Source: Adineta vaga (Eukaryota > Animalia > Rotifera). From it: a stretch of DNA of 64,000 nucleotides. Position numbers and translations under genes: made by a program. Position 1 is the stretch's first letter. Every line of letters starts with the position of its first letter. Positions 43,467-57,462 of the stretch are shown here, in pieces. The stretch lies in contig CP075493.1 in NCBI GenBank assembly GCA_021613535.1, positions 5,642,001 through 5,706,000 of the forward strand, written 5' to 3'. A model generated the notes under the pieces. That model was not told the origin of the DNA and made no database searches. It was given only the letters and a program-made list of their open reading frames with translations.

Positions 43467-45127
43467 TTATAGCTGAGAATTTTCTTCATTTGTATTTTTT
43501 TGTATCGGTCCATGAAATTTATGATATTGTGAACGAATAAGTCGATAAATCATTTCAGCAATTTCCATTAATGAAAGAAAACTAATACCAATCCAAAGAC
43601 CTGTTTGTCCACCAACATTAGAAAGAACATCAACTGCACTAATCGTTGGCTGTTGTGAATACACTTCACTTCGGCTTGTTTCATATGCAACTTCGAAAGA
43701 AACGTAACTTAATTGAATTTCTGATGGCCATGTTGTTGACCAATTAATTGGTAATGGAACGTCTGTTGATTCAACAAATTGTTTAATATCATTCATTAAA
43801 TAAGCTGGTGGTGCATAGACGGATGTTAATCTAATTATAAATTCATTGTACGTACATTCTTGTTGACACGCAGGACAATACTTCGTCCATATACTTCGTG
43901 TATTCAAAAGTTCAGCTGATGCGTCAACATAACAAGGATCACTCATATTACAAAATAGTACACGAATCCATTTATCACTACCAGGAGATACAATATAACG
44001 TATAGTCCAACGAAACGGATTTCCACAACCACATTTATCATATCTAAAACAAATTATAAATATTAAAAATTAAGTTTTCCTCCAAATATGTTTGTCTTAC
44101 GTATAAGCCTGTATACAAACAGCATAACATACAGTTTGTTTATATCCGTATTCAGTATCATGATATTCATTATACATGACTTGCATTCCTAGATTAACTT
44201 TATCACTACATGACGTATAAGGTGATGATAAGAAATAACTCGTTTTCTTCGAATATCCTAATCTATGATGTCGATTAGGTGCAAGATGCATCGGTGTCAA
44301 TTCCATGTCTGGTAATAGCTGATTATCATGAACTAATGCTGCCACGCCAATACCTAGAATAAAAATCTATATAACATTGAAATCTCAACTTTACTCTTAC
44401 CATTCGAAAAATAAGGTACATATTGATGTTGATGAACATAGAGACGGATTTCAAGGATTCCAGTTCCTCCATAAGTTGCACTATCTTTTACAGGACTATT
44501 GAGAGAATCTTTTAATTTAGCATTGAATGTATAACATAGTCCATATTGTGGTGATATAAACCAAGTGAAATTCGCTGCTGTACATAATATATTATTGAAA
44601 GAACAATGCATCATCATTGATTCCAATGAATAGAAGTATTCGTCTAAGGATTCATTTTGATTGAGTTTATAGATTAAAAAATCACGAATATATAAAGCAT
44701 GCTTGCTAGTAAAGTTTTTTATATCAGTTATATTAAGTAGATTAAATGTTTTCGTATAATTGAGAAATGGTTCAATAAATCGATCGTATCGTAAAGGTGA
44801 ATAATTACAGATTGTTACTGCCGGAAAAGCTTGTGGCCATTCATTGACAATAGCTACAGATGTTTGAGATGGATATTCAAAGTATGCTCGAATCGATTGA
44901 GTTACAAAAAAAATCATTATACCAGTAAAAATAAGTAATGAAATCGACCAAAACATTCGATTATGCACACTTTCGCTACGAGCTATACCTGGTATACCAT
45001 GAGTTGATGTGTTCAAGCTAAACTCTTTGATAATTGAAGCAGCTCGTCGAGAATCTGAAGGTGATTTCAATGCGTCTCGATTGACAGGAAATACATTTGT
45101 AATAGATTTGATTGTATCAGTTGACAT
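43467..45127 (-). CDS. DEG/ENaC (ASIC-like) amiloride-sensitive sodium channel, 3 exons
   Basis: FSLNTSTHGIPGI (HG motif), FPAVTICN, YGLCYTFN, CPACQQEC, LSNVGGQTGLWIGISFLSLME. Confidence 0.95.
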
Positions 45128-46092
45128 GTTATTGGAAAATAATGTTTCAGTTGTGTAGGATCATAAATATATATATATGCAGGTCAATAACGACTGGATG
45201 AATTGATTCTATTCAAATAGAAATTTCGAACACTATGTACTAATATGTTGAGTTCTTCAATTCGCTGACTGATTCTATTGTTAAAGTATAGAATTAGTAT
45301 GCAGTAGTCACTGCAGGGAACTTGCTAAAATGAATTGGTTTATTGTAGCAAATATTTATGAAAACTACTTCAATATCAACCATCGATTTTCACGGTAAAA
45401 TTTTCCTTGCAAGAACACAATCAAAAGATTACTAATCTAAGTAAATATAAATATTATTCTGAAGCATTTTCAGCATATTATATAATTATGCTGTTGTCAT
45501 TTTGATCTAGAAAAATACGTATTTAATAGTACAAAAAAACATGTTGTGCTATCAACCAATCCAGTATTTATAGTCGCATTATAATTCGACGATTGACTAT
45601 GTACACATAAGTATGTTTCATTCTAATAAATCTTGTCAAAATAACGAATTATTAAACTATTCTATAGGAGCAACTTGATTGATCTTACATTCATTGCGAA
45701 AACAATCAACTACAATCGGATATAGAGATTTGACAACGGAAAGATGTTATATTGTTTAGTTGAGAATGTTTTGTAATTAGACCGAAAAAACTCACCATGA
45801 ATTTGTAGACAATGTGAATATACTCATAAAATAATTAGTTCACACTTTAATTCAATAATTTTTACTAAAATTATCGAGAATAATAATTATTTTTCATAGT
45901 TTCTTAAACTGAGAAATTAAATTTATTTTTCAAAGCTAATTATTTTAACAAATACAACGCAATAAGTATTTCGAGTTCATACATGCCAATACAAATGTAT
46001 ATACAAATAATTCTCGATAAGAAAATGTCACACACAAACAGATTCATTTTTCACAGACAAGAAATTAACATAGTTGTTCTTCGCAGATTCAT

Positions 46093-47567
46093 TTATTCTA
46101 ATCGAAAAACACATTGCATTAATTGATCAGATATATTAGTTGATTTTTCCCTTCGAACAATATCTTCCATAACATTCATCAATGTTTGAAATTGTAAGAT
46201 TTGTTTCTTTATAATATCCATTGATTGTATTGCTTCATCTTCTGAATATAAATGTTTTAAATATCGCCAAAGTAATGCAATAAAAAACTCATGAAGTTCT
46301 TCGATACGAAATTTATCGGAATAATCATTACATTCATAAATAGTAAAGATAAAAACAATCAAGGCTAATTTTAAAATCAATGGATGCTCATAAAAACGAT
46401 AGAGACATTGACGTGCTTGCGACATATGATGATGAAAATCTTGATGGATCCATTTACTCATGAAATAACCAATGCTTGGACTTTCAGAAAAGTTTTGAAT
46501 AAGAATATCATGTAAATGAATGATATTAATAAGATTTGATTTTATCAATCGAACTTCATCGTCTAGATTTAATTGTTTAAATTGAGGAATTTTTTTATAA
46601 AATTCAATCAAGGATTTATGAATTGCACTTTCTTTATCAAGAAATTGTATTAATGACATCGATTCATTGTAATGATTGAAACGTAAACCATCTGTTTGAT
46701 TTGCTGTTGATTGATAAGCATGCGTAATGTTATTTAACAAAATATTATCTGCTTCATCCAAATTTCCATGAAAACCAATATTTCTTACACTAAATATCTA
46801 TGATATTTTCAAAAATAAGATTATCATTTTCTGACCATTGTGTATTTACCGATTGATCAACATCGCCTGATTTTATCATCAAACGTTTTTTCTTTCGTAC
46901 AACAAGTGGAAGATTAAGAACAGGTGGTGCGTCGCATCCTGATTTATTTCGTTTTCTTTCCTGTTTCATCAGCTTTTGTAATTGTCGTAGTTTTGTTTCT
47001 TCTTCTGTTCGAATCCAATCTTTTCGCATTTTGATATCGAAACATTTCTTTAGTCGACAATATGTACATTGTCGACGTGTATGAATATTGATGATACATG
47101 AACCAGAAAAATGACATTTCAAATCGGACTAGAAACAAATATATATATATTCGTTTATTGCCTTATTATTTACGAACTCTTACGGTTTCTCGTAAAGCAT
47201 TTCGACGAAAAAATGCTTTACATGATTCGCATGTGATTTGATCGAAGTTATAACCCGTTGCTGGTGCACCACAAACACGACATATGAGATCACATTGAAG
47301 AGTTTCTATTTGAGAATCATGTGTTTGTTGTAAATGAGACTAAATTAAAAGAAAGATATTAAATTTTCAATAAATATTAAAATTATCACAACTTACTTCG
47401 TCGGATTTAAGTAGATGTATGTATTGTTCGACATCTGATAGATGATCTTGATTATACGTTTCATGGGGCGCAGAATCCAACAATGCAGGAAATAAATCAG
47501 TGTAATTCAATTCATCAAATGGTAAGATATGATCCCAATCGGAATGATTTAAAATCGTAGTTGTCAT
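46093..47567 (-). CDS. Nuclear hormone receptor, HR96/NR1J (VDR/PXR-related) type, copy A, 4 exons
   Basis: CRVCGAPATGYNFDQITCESCKAFFRRNAL, CHFSGSCIINIHTRRQCTYCRLKKCFDIKM; LBD signature FYKKIPQFKQLNLDDEVRLIK. Confidence 0.9.
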
Positions 47568-48223
47568 TATACAGAACTGAGTTTGTTTTTTTCTTTTTTG
47601 TATTCAGTCCAAAGTATTGTATTGTAAAAATTTTCTTTCTCTAGCAATTGGCGTTTTGTATTATTACCTCTCCTTCTCAAAAACAAATGTCAATACATTA
47701 TGTTTTTTTCTCTTCCTTTTTATAGGAATGGAATACGCCTAATGATGTTTTTACGTCTTTATTTTTTTTTTCTTCACATATATATAACCCGATGAATCAT
47801 ACGTCAGGTAGAACGAACAAAAAAAAAGTATTCAGAAGCCGTTTAATAAATGACGGTGCGTCATCGAATCGAATACGATTATGAAGAAAAAGTCATGTCT
47901 CTTGCTTAGAAACCAATATTTTGGAGATATTGTCATAATATCTGATAATAAATGGGCGATAAAGTGAGTAATCGATCAAAGTCATAACTGAGTTCTGTTA
48001 TATAAACAAATGAGATGTTTTTCTATAAATAAGACACAAGCGTAATTTATTTTCAATTTGAAAAATAAAAGAACAATATACAACAATAAACTGTATTTTC
48101 TCTGCTAAAATTCATCCCAAGAAGAAAAAGAAAACATTTAGCTAGCATATATAAATATATACATGTGTTTGAAACAAATCTGCAGATTTATATTTTACAT
48201 TTTGATGTCGAAAACTATTTTTA

Positions 48224-49818
48224 TTAAACTTCTGTTTGGCCATTCAATTCAAAGATTGTTTCTATTAATTCATGAAATTTTTCCTTTTTAAGCATTTGTC
48301 GCATATGGCTTTCCAAAATAACCATCAGTAATTGATAACGTAACATTTGTGTGACAATTATTTCCATCGCTAATACTGCATCGTTTTCATCAAACAGATA
48401 ATTTAAATATCGCCAAAGTAATGCTGTATAGAAATCTTGATGTTTCATCAATAGTTTCTTAGTTTTGTATTCATCGAATTCGTTTGAACTATGTGTCGCA
48501 GATAGATTCATACTGAATAGAAAAACAATTAATGCAAGGTTTAATAGTAAAGGATATTTCATAAAACGATTGAAACGATGATACGTTCGAGACATTTGTT
48601 CATGAAATTCTACATTAATCCATTTCGACATATGTTTACCAATTTGAGGAGGCTCTTCGAAATTATCCACAAGGATATGATGTAAATGTATAATTGTTCG
48701 AAAATTGGATTTAATTAAGTGAACCTGATCATCAATATGTAATCGTTTAAAATCAGGAATTTGTTTAAAGAACATAATTAATGATATGTGCATCGAACAT
48801 TCATCATTTATGAATTGTGAGAATGTGGTATTGTCAGTATATTTTGTAATAAACGTACGATCTATTTTATCGGCTTCTATTTGATAAGCATGCTTGATAT
48901 TATTTAACCAGATATTATCTTCATTATCTAGATTCCTGTGAAAACCAAAGTATGTTCCATTGAATGCCTATATACACAACAAATTAAATATTATATATGC
49001 ACTGATTGATTCTTTTACGTACTGGTTGAAGAATATTGAATGGTTTATTCATCAAACGTTTTTTCTTTCGTACAACAAGTGGAAGATTAACAGCAGGTAG
49101 TACGTCGCATCCTGATTTATTTCGTTTTCTTTCCTGTTTCATCAGCTTTTGTAATTGTCGTAGTTTTGTTTCTTCTTCTGTTCGAATCCAATCTTTTCGC
49201 ATTTTGATATCGAAACATTTCTTTAGTCGACAATATGTACATTGTCGACGTGTATGAATATTAATGATACATGAACCAGAAAACCGACACTTCATATCAG
49301 GCTAGAAACAAATTCAAAGTTATTCAATTCGTTTGAACTATAAGTACTACAAAAACGTAATCATGGATATATAAACGAGAACTTCAATTGTTCACTGAAT
49401 GATAAGCGGTGATTAGTAATATGAATACTCTTACCATATGTTTCAAAGCATTTCGACGAAAAAATGCTTTACATGATTCACATGTGACTTGATCAAAATT
49501 ATGACCTGTGGCTGGTGCACCACAAACACGACATGTGAGATCACATTGAAGTGTTTCTGATGATAAAGATGCTTGTGATTGATCATTCTATGAAAATAAA
49601 GAAAAGAATTAAGATAGAATATACTCTATCGAAACTTGATCTACTTCGGGCGATAAATCCAGGTCATTCAAAATCATTTCAATGTTATCATTATTATCAT
49701 TGAAATGAGTAAAATTATTGAAGTCTTCATCAGGAAATATATCATTCGGTAGTGAAAATAGATCATCGACGTCAAATAATGGAAGAGAAGTACGATATTG
49801 ATTACTTAAGAACGTCAT
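48224..49818 (-). CDS. Nuclear hormone receptor, HR96/NR1J type, copy B, 4 exons
   Basis: CRVCGAPATGHNFDQVTCESCKAFFRRNAL; LBD FFKQIPDFKRLHIDDQVHLIK; same exon layout as copy A. Confidence 0.9.
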
Positions 49819-50976
49819 TGTGAATATCTAATTAAAATATTGATAGAATATTTGTCTCATATAATTTACTATAGAGATTTATGTGTCATAAAAACATGTT
49901 ACAATTAAACTAAAATAAAAAATAAAAAAATCCGCCTAAGTACAGCACTATGTCGCGAAAATGTTTTTTTCTTTTTGCATTTCTGTTTCTCTGTCACTCG
50001 TATTGCATACGACAATCGTCATTCTTCACATTTTTTGCTGCAGTCAGTTTGATGAAAAAAAGAAAAAAGCTGTATATTTTTTTTTCTGTTCTGTAATTTT
50101 TATTTAGGCGAGTGTGTATCGATGAAAAACCGACCATTTTATTTGTTTGACGGTACAAGAAGCAAGAGAATGATTCAATAAAGATACAGAACACGAAAAA
50201 GGTAAACTTTTAGAGAATGGTAGTTCTATCAATGATTATTTGTCATTCGATTAGTAGTACTTTTGACTCATCGATCAATTATGCAAAATTTTATTAGAAC
50301 CAAAAATGTTTCTTTGTATTGCAAGTGTGTATAAAAGAACGTGCTACAGATGGCAGTTATGTTTTCGATCAATATTATTTTGAAATAGTCGACGTCATAG
50401 GTTCGAATTAATCTAAAAGACTGGTAACATCTTGAATAGGGCACGCATTTTCATGTTTTCTTTTCTACGAATAGCTACGTTAAAATAGATTTCTCAGTTG
50501 TGTGTTTTTGTCATGTGCTTACAAGTAAACTAAATTTTGTTCAAAAGAAAAAGAAAAAAAATGCGCGGATGTCGTTTTCTGAAAGTGATGAATAAATAAA
50601 AGAAGAAAAATAGCGGCACAGATCAAGTGTTGAATTCTATTACTATCACATCCTGAATATTCACATAAGACAAAAGGAATCAATGTTTTTCTGTGGAATA
50701 ATTCATTTGTGAAAGTAAATAATCAAGATAGTTGATGAAAAACAAGGAAAAAGAAACAAAACGTTACATATATTGAAAGTTTTAAAAGGCTCCAAGGCAG
50801 AATAATCTTAAGGAAATAAATAAGTTTGTTAAGACTGACATCTGTAGTTGTGGATTGTCATACGTTTTCTATACGTCCAAAGTGAATCAAGTTAGAATGA
50901 TATAGTAAGTATCTCTATACTCGAACTCGACAGTGCTTGCTTGATTGATTGTACTGTTCTGGAGAACTGATTGATA

Positions 50977-52365
50977 ATGTTAACAATTCCTGTTTATTTC
51001 ACATCACCAATTGTAATTAGTGTTAGTATTTTAACAGCAATTGGTGTCTATGTACTTTTTGGACCTGAACCACAAGATCGACGGAAACGAGGTATGTTTG
51101 AGACTTTTTATTTTAAAAAGTTTCTTTCATGATTTCAATAGGGCATCCTGGAGGATTAGTCAATTATGGAAATAATTGTTTTGCTAATGCGATTGTTCAA
51201 TGTCTTGCCTCATCTTCGATATTCATTCATTGGCTTGAACAATATCTTCACAAAAATCGTGTTGCACAAATTCTTCTCGATTTGATACATTCTATAAATG
51301 ATAAATCAGGATCTTACTCACAAGAATCAACTGTTGCAACACTAATTGATCATATGCGTCAACCACGATGGTTAAGTCCATTTGAACAACAAGATAGTCA
51401 TGAATTTCTGCTCTCGTTAATCAATGTATTAACATATAAACAATCCGTACAAACAAAACAACATGGTTTTGCTGCTTGTCTTGATTCTGATGAACAGGAT
51501 GAAACCAAATCTCTGTTGATTACTGAAAGTCCATTGATAACTCCTCATCCATTTCAAGGTTTACAAGCAACACAATTACAATGTATAGAATGTAAACATA
51601 AAGTAAATTCTCTCGCATTTTTTCTAGATTTCCTTTTTTATATCTATTGTCTTTTATTGAGAATCCAATTAGTGTATCTCTTTTTGAAACTTTATCATTA
51701 GTCATTCCTGATCGACAAATATCCAATGCATCAGTATGATATTACTGTTGATAGAATACAGAAATTAATTTTTTTTTTATATCTTCAGCCATTTACTACT
51801 CGACAACAACGAAATTTTACATTACAAGAATTGATTGGTAATTATCTCAAATCAGAAATGATAACAAGTTTAACATGTAGTCAATGTAAATCAAAAAGCA
51901 ACTTACCACATCGAAAAATAACAACATTTTCTCGAGTAAATCAATCTGATTTTTTAAACTTTTCTCAGCTATGAACTTTGCTTTTTTTAGCTACCAGAAA
52001 TTCTTTGTTTGCATATTATTCGAACAACATGGACAAATGAAGGTTGGCCGACGAAAAATACAAGTCATATTTCATTTCCTGATCTATTAGATATGAATCC
52101 ATTTATATCATTATCACGCCTTCTCCCTGCTAATATACCTCCAACTCAAACAATCAAAAAACCATCGAATGCTCTCTATCGACTCAATTCCGTCCTTGTA
52201 CATTTAGGTGGTATCAGTGAAGCTGGACATTTTATTATTTATAGAAGACGCATAGATAATCATGGATGGTTATCCATATCTGATGATTCTATTCGAGAAT
52301 GTAGCGACCTTCAAGTATTCGCTTCCATGGCCTATATTTTGTTTTATGAAAGAATAAAAAAATAA
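50977..52365 (+). CDS. USP30: Ubiquitin carboxyl-terminal hydrolase 30 (compact)
   Basis: N-terminal TM segment ending GVYVLFGP, basic RRKR, Cys box GLVNYGNNCFANAIVQCLAS, EQQDSHEF, His box VLVHLGGISEAGHFIIYRR, WLSISDD, AYILFYE. Confidence 0.88.
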
Positions 52366-52508
52366 CTGATTTTTGTATTATTTTTTTTAATTTAATAAGA
52401 ACAAAAAATAGATAATGTGAGAAAACAAATATTTGCATACAGATGTTTGTTATCCCATTCTTGTTGCTAATCAAAATTTGTGAAAGCATAATAATAACAG
52501 TGCAAAGA

Positions 52509-54319
52509 ATGGTTAACTTGAAATTAGGTTCGATTTGTTTATTACTTGCAATTCTATTACCAATTGTAAATGGATTCGGATTAAAAGGTGTAAATGGTGG
52601 TACAGATTGCGCCACATGTACTATTGTTCTTGGTCTTGTTGAAAAATTATCCGTTGTCTATAATGAAAGTATGATCAATTCTCTTGAACGAGTTTGTAAT
52701 GCTTTACCCACTGATTTTCGTGTCTATTGTAAAGTTACAATTGAATTTTTGGGTATGTTTATTCTCTTGGTTATCGTTCTAAACCAAAAATATAATTCAT
52801 CTGTAGGTCCAATTATTCTCGATGGATTTATTAAAAATGAAACACCAGATGTCATTTGTCATGCATTACAACTTTGTACTGACGACGCTGGTCAAGTGAA
52901 ATGCCGTCTTTTCCCATCGAAATCGACTCTATCAGTACCACAACGTGCTTCACATCTGCATCATCGACATTTACTGCCACAATATGATTTATCAGATTCA
53001 AAGATTTGTCAAATACCTGGCATTGCAGAAATTTGTAAAATTCTAGAGAATGTCTTTAATAATCATGTTCCATTAGTTGATTTGGATAATGATAAATTTG
53101 GAACAGAATCTTCATTTCGTGGCAGTTCATGGCGTGGAAAAGATTGCAACGACTTTTCATCACAAATCCATCCTGGTGCTCATGTTTCTCAAGGTGACGA
53201 TGTTATTGATCATAATTGTAATGGTATTTTTGGAATGAATTCAGCAAGTGGTAGACCATGGGAAGAAGAATTTTGTAATGAAACACAACGAATGGGTATT
53301 GCTGTGTTAGGTGATTCGATTTCTGCTCATTTTCATATTCCTGAACAATGGCTAGATGCAAGTCAATTCTCACCAGAAGCATTTGAACATCTGATGTTTA
53401 TTTTGGAGAATGAATTAGATTGGCCACAATTATCGGCAGTTACAGGACATACTAATGTGAGTTGGCCGAATATAGTCGGTATGAAATCTATTTTATAATA
53501 TATATTTGAGAAAATAATATGAATTTATCTAGGTCCTACTCGATCACTGTATGCTCGTTTATTTGATCTTGATCATTGTAATCATCGTGATTATCAAAAT
53601 ATTGCCGTTAACGGTGCAAACAGTGGATCCATTCTTGATATAGCTAAGTCGCTAAGACGTAATCAACAGAATGATGTACCACTGCTTGTCATCTACTCCT
53701 TAGTGGGTAATGATGTTTGTAATGGTCATCCAAATACTATTGATGATATGACAACTGTGGAACAGATGCATAAAAATGTGATGAACGGATTAGCTTACCT
53801 AGATACAATATTACCAAAAGGTAGTCATGTGCTCACCACCGGATTAGCAAACGGTAGTTTATTATATGAACTTTTACACGATTGCATTCATCCATTCGGT
53901 CGTGCTGGTGTACCATTTACTTATAGACAAATATATGACTATTTATCATGTTTACAAATTTCACCATGTAATGGATGGTTAACTTCTAATGATACACTAC
54001 GCGCATTAACATCACAACGAGCAGTAGAACTCTTGGTGCAGTACGTAATGCAACATTTACTTATCAAGCGAAAAATTTCGATACTGATTATACTGATTTT
54101 CCATTTGACCAAGTTTTTCGAGAATGGGAAGCACAAGGTGGTGAACCATGGCAGCTGATTGAAAGTGTTGATGGTTTTCATATTAATCAATATGGACATG
54201 CTGGTCTTTCCGATGCTCTTTGGTCATGGTTAGAAAAAGAAAAACCACAATGGCTACCATCAATGAATCCACATAATGCAGATATCGAACGTGTATTTAA
54301 AGATCAAGGTGGATATTAG
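52509..54319 (+). CDS. AOAH: Acyloxyacyl hydrolase, copy 1 (1-nt frameshift near 54033)
   Basis: Signal peptide, saposin-like NGGTDCATC..., RGSSWRGKDCND, DHNCNGIFG, catalytic LGDSISAHFHIP, CNHRDYQNIAVNGA, GNDVCNG; VDGFH and VFKDQGGY lie in a shifted frame. Confidence 0.92.
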
Positions 54320-54528
54320 GATTAATAACAGTGAATGTTGCATCGATGGTTTTACTCGCGTTTATAAAAACAACTATTTCACTTTTAATTAGATGATTTT
54401 TTTTCGATCTAAATTGAATCTAATAAAAAGAAACATCTGACATATTTCTCATCAATCAATACTTTTTTCGGAGGTGTATATGTACGTGATATTCTCACGA
54501 TTTCTTTTCACACAAAGAAGGATTATCG

Positions 54529-56351
54529 ATGTCGACAGCAGCTATTAATTGGATTAGTTTATTACTGATCATTTTTGTATCAACCGTAGATGGTCGTTTT
54601 ATGGCCTAAATTCTGGTGTTAATGGTGGTGCAGATTGTGCAACATGTTCGATTGTCTTAGGTCTTGTTGATCATCTTACGATTATTTATAATGAAACGGC
54701 TGCTCTTGCACTAGAACGATTGTGTACATATTTACCAGGTGAATTTAAAATCTATTGTAAGACTGCAGTTGATTTTCTAGGTAATTCTAATGACTGCTTA
54801 CTAGAAAGATCAGCAGGGAATATATATCATTTTAGGGCCGCTTATCATCGATGGTTTTATCAAAGGTGATAATCCGGATGTTATTTGTCATGCATTGAAA
54901 TTTTGTCACGATGATCCTGGTCAATCTAAATGTCGTATTTATCCGTCGAAATCGACTCTATCAATACCACAACGTGCTTTACATCTGCGTCAACAACATC
55001 CATTGATTGATTTATTCTTAGCAAAATCAAAAATTTGTCAAATACCTGGCATTGCAGAAATCTGTAAGATACTAGAGAATGTTTTCAATCATCATGAACC
55101 ACTGATTGATCTTGATCGAGATCAGTTTGGTACAGAAGCAACGTTTCGTGGTAGTTCATGGCGTGGAAAAGATTGCAACGACTTTTCATCACAAATCCAT
55201 CCTGGTGCTCATGTTTCTCAAGGTGACGGTGTTATTGATCATAATTGTAATGGTATTTTTGGAATGAATTCAGCAAGTGGTAGACCATGGGAAGAAGAAT
55301 TTTGTAATGAAACACAACGAATGGGTATTGCTGTGTTAGGTGATTCGATTTCTGCTCATTTTCATATTCCTGAGCAATGGTTGGATGCAAGTCAATTCTC
55401 ACCAGAAGCATTTGAACATCTGATGTTTATTTTGGAGAATGAATTAGATTGGCCACAATTATCAGCAAGTACTGGTCATCTTAATATTAGTTGGCCAAAT
55501 ATAGTTGGTAAGACACTTGTCTTCGTACTTTATTCTTAATCTATATAGATGTCCATATAATAGGTCCCACTCGATCACTGTATACTCGTTTATTTGATCT
55601 TGATCATTGTAACCATCGTGATTATCAGAATATTGCTGTTAATGGAGCTCGTAGTAGTACCATGACTAATATTATGAAATCGTTAGCACGTTCACCACAT
55701 GATGATGTACCTTTACTTGTTATCTATTCCTTAGTTGGCGATGATGTTTGTAATGGCCATCCAGATACCATCGATCACATGACAACTGTTGAAGAGATGC
55801 AGAAAAATGTCATGACTACCTTAACTTATCTTGATACAATTTTACCGAAAGGTAGCCATGTCCTTACCACTGGATTAGGTAATGGTAGTATGTTATACGA
55901 TCTTTTACACACCCGTCTTCATCCATTTGGTCGTGTGGGACCACCTATTACGTATCCACAAATGTATGACTATTTATCATGTTTACAAATTTCACCATGT
56001 AATGGATGGTTAACTTCTAATGATACATTACGCGCATTAACATCACAACGAGCAGTAGAACTCTCTGGTGCAGTACGTAATGCAACATTTACTTATAAAC
56101 CAGAGCATTATGATGTTGCTTATCTTGATTTTCCATTTGATGAAGCTATTCAAGAATGGGAAGCACAAGGTGGTGAACCATGGCAGCTGATTGAAAGTGT
56201 TGATGGTTTTCATATTAATCAATATGGACATGCACTCGTTTCTGATGTACTCTGGTCATGGTTAGAAAAAGAAAAACCTCAATGGTTGCCATCAATGAAT
56301 CCACATAATGCAGACATTGAACGTGTATTCAAAGATCAAGATGGATACTAA
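54529..56351 (+). CDS. AOAH: Acyloxyacyl hydrolase, copy 2 (1-nt frameshift near 54600)
   Basis: Same motifs and intron positions as copy 1. The signal peptide frame stops at TAA unless one T is added to the TTTT run at 54597-54600. Confidence 0.9.
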
Positions 56352-56858
56352 ATTTTTTTGGAAGAAATGTAATTCTTGTTTCTTAAAAATAATAAATATT
56401 ATTCGAGAATATCTGTTTGATCATTCTCCATGTCTTGAATATATTCGTTTCTAAAAAGGAAAAAAAAGATCTGATTGTTTGCATTGAATTTAAATAAACA
56501 CTTGTCGTATCATATTCTCAGTGGGTGGTGGTAACTTTATTCATTCGTAGAAAAGAAAGCACATGTTTTTTATCGATCTATTCCTCTGATGAACAACATA
56601 TGTAGTCTATTAACCTCGTTTATCATTCCAATCAGTAACCTTGAAATAATAACATCGAATTGCTTCCAGCATTATTGTACATTTAGCAATGTGAACTGCT
56701 CTTCGATAGAAATCATTTTTCCTTCATACTTTGATGATCTGTAAAATTACTTCATAATCAGTGAGATCAATCGATTAGCAGGATGCCATTTCGAACATAG
56801 ATCATTCAATTTTTTCGTAGCCGTTGACCTTTTTCTTTTTCGTGAATCGATAGCGGTC

Positions 56859-56885
56859 AGAGAGAGAGAGAGAGAGAGAGAGAGA
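56859..56885. repeat. (AG)n microsatellite
   Basis: About 13 tandem AG units. Confidence 0.95.
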
Positions 56886-57462
56886 AATGAGCTGCTTATC
56901 AAATCTAATCACATAATGAACATAACATTCGTTTTCTCATTTTCACCGAAGAAAATCAAACAAACAAATCATTTCATTCCGAATAGCTCTACATAGTCAG
57001 AAGCAGATGTGTATGATTACTGAAAAATAGATAGTATTGGACACATATTTGTCTCATCGACAATTCATATTAGTTATACGAGATAATCATTCTGATAAGT
57101 TCACTAAATTATTTTTCTCGTCCAAAAGGTTATTAGTCTGCTGAATAAATCACTTTTAAGAAAATAGTTAATTTCTTATATTTATTTATTCAATAGAATC
57201 AAACAATATGCATCATTGTTAAGAGAGAAGCCTTATCTAATGAACAGATAGAAAGTTCGTTGATGAATAACTATGTTATCTTCTTTTCTTTCAATGGAAC
57301 ATCAGAGATGCCAATTCAAACGAACATGCTACTTTCTTTCTTTCTATGCCGATGAATACGTCATTCGTCTATCTATTCATTCAAAACACAGCACGAATTC
57401 TTCATTAAGACATGCTTAATCGACAACATCATATTTCCTATGAATTTCATTTATTTTCAGAT

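Noticed and set aside
52443-52508. Upstream in-frame ATG extending AOAH copy 1
   Set aside because: The ATG at 52509 gives a normal signal peptide matching copy 2's length; the longer ORF also reads through an intron.
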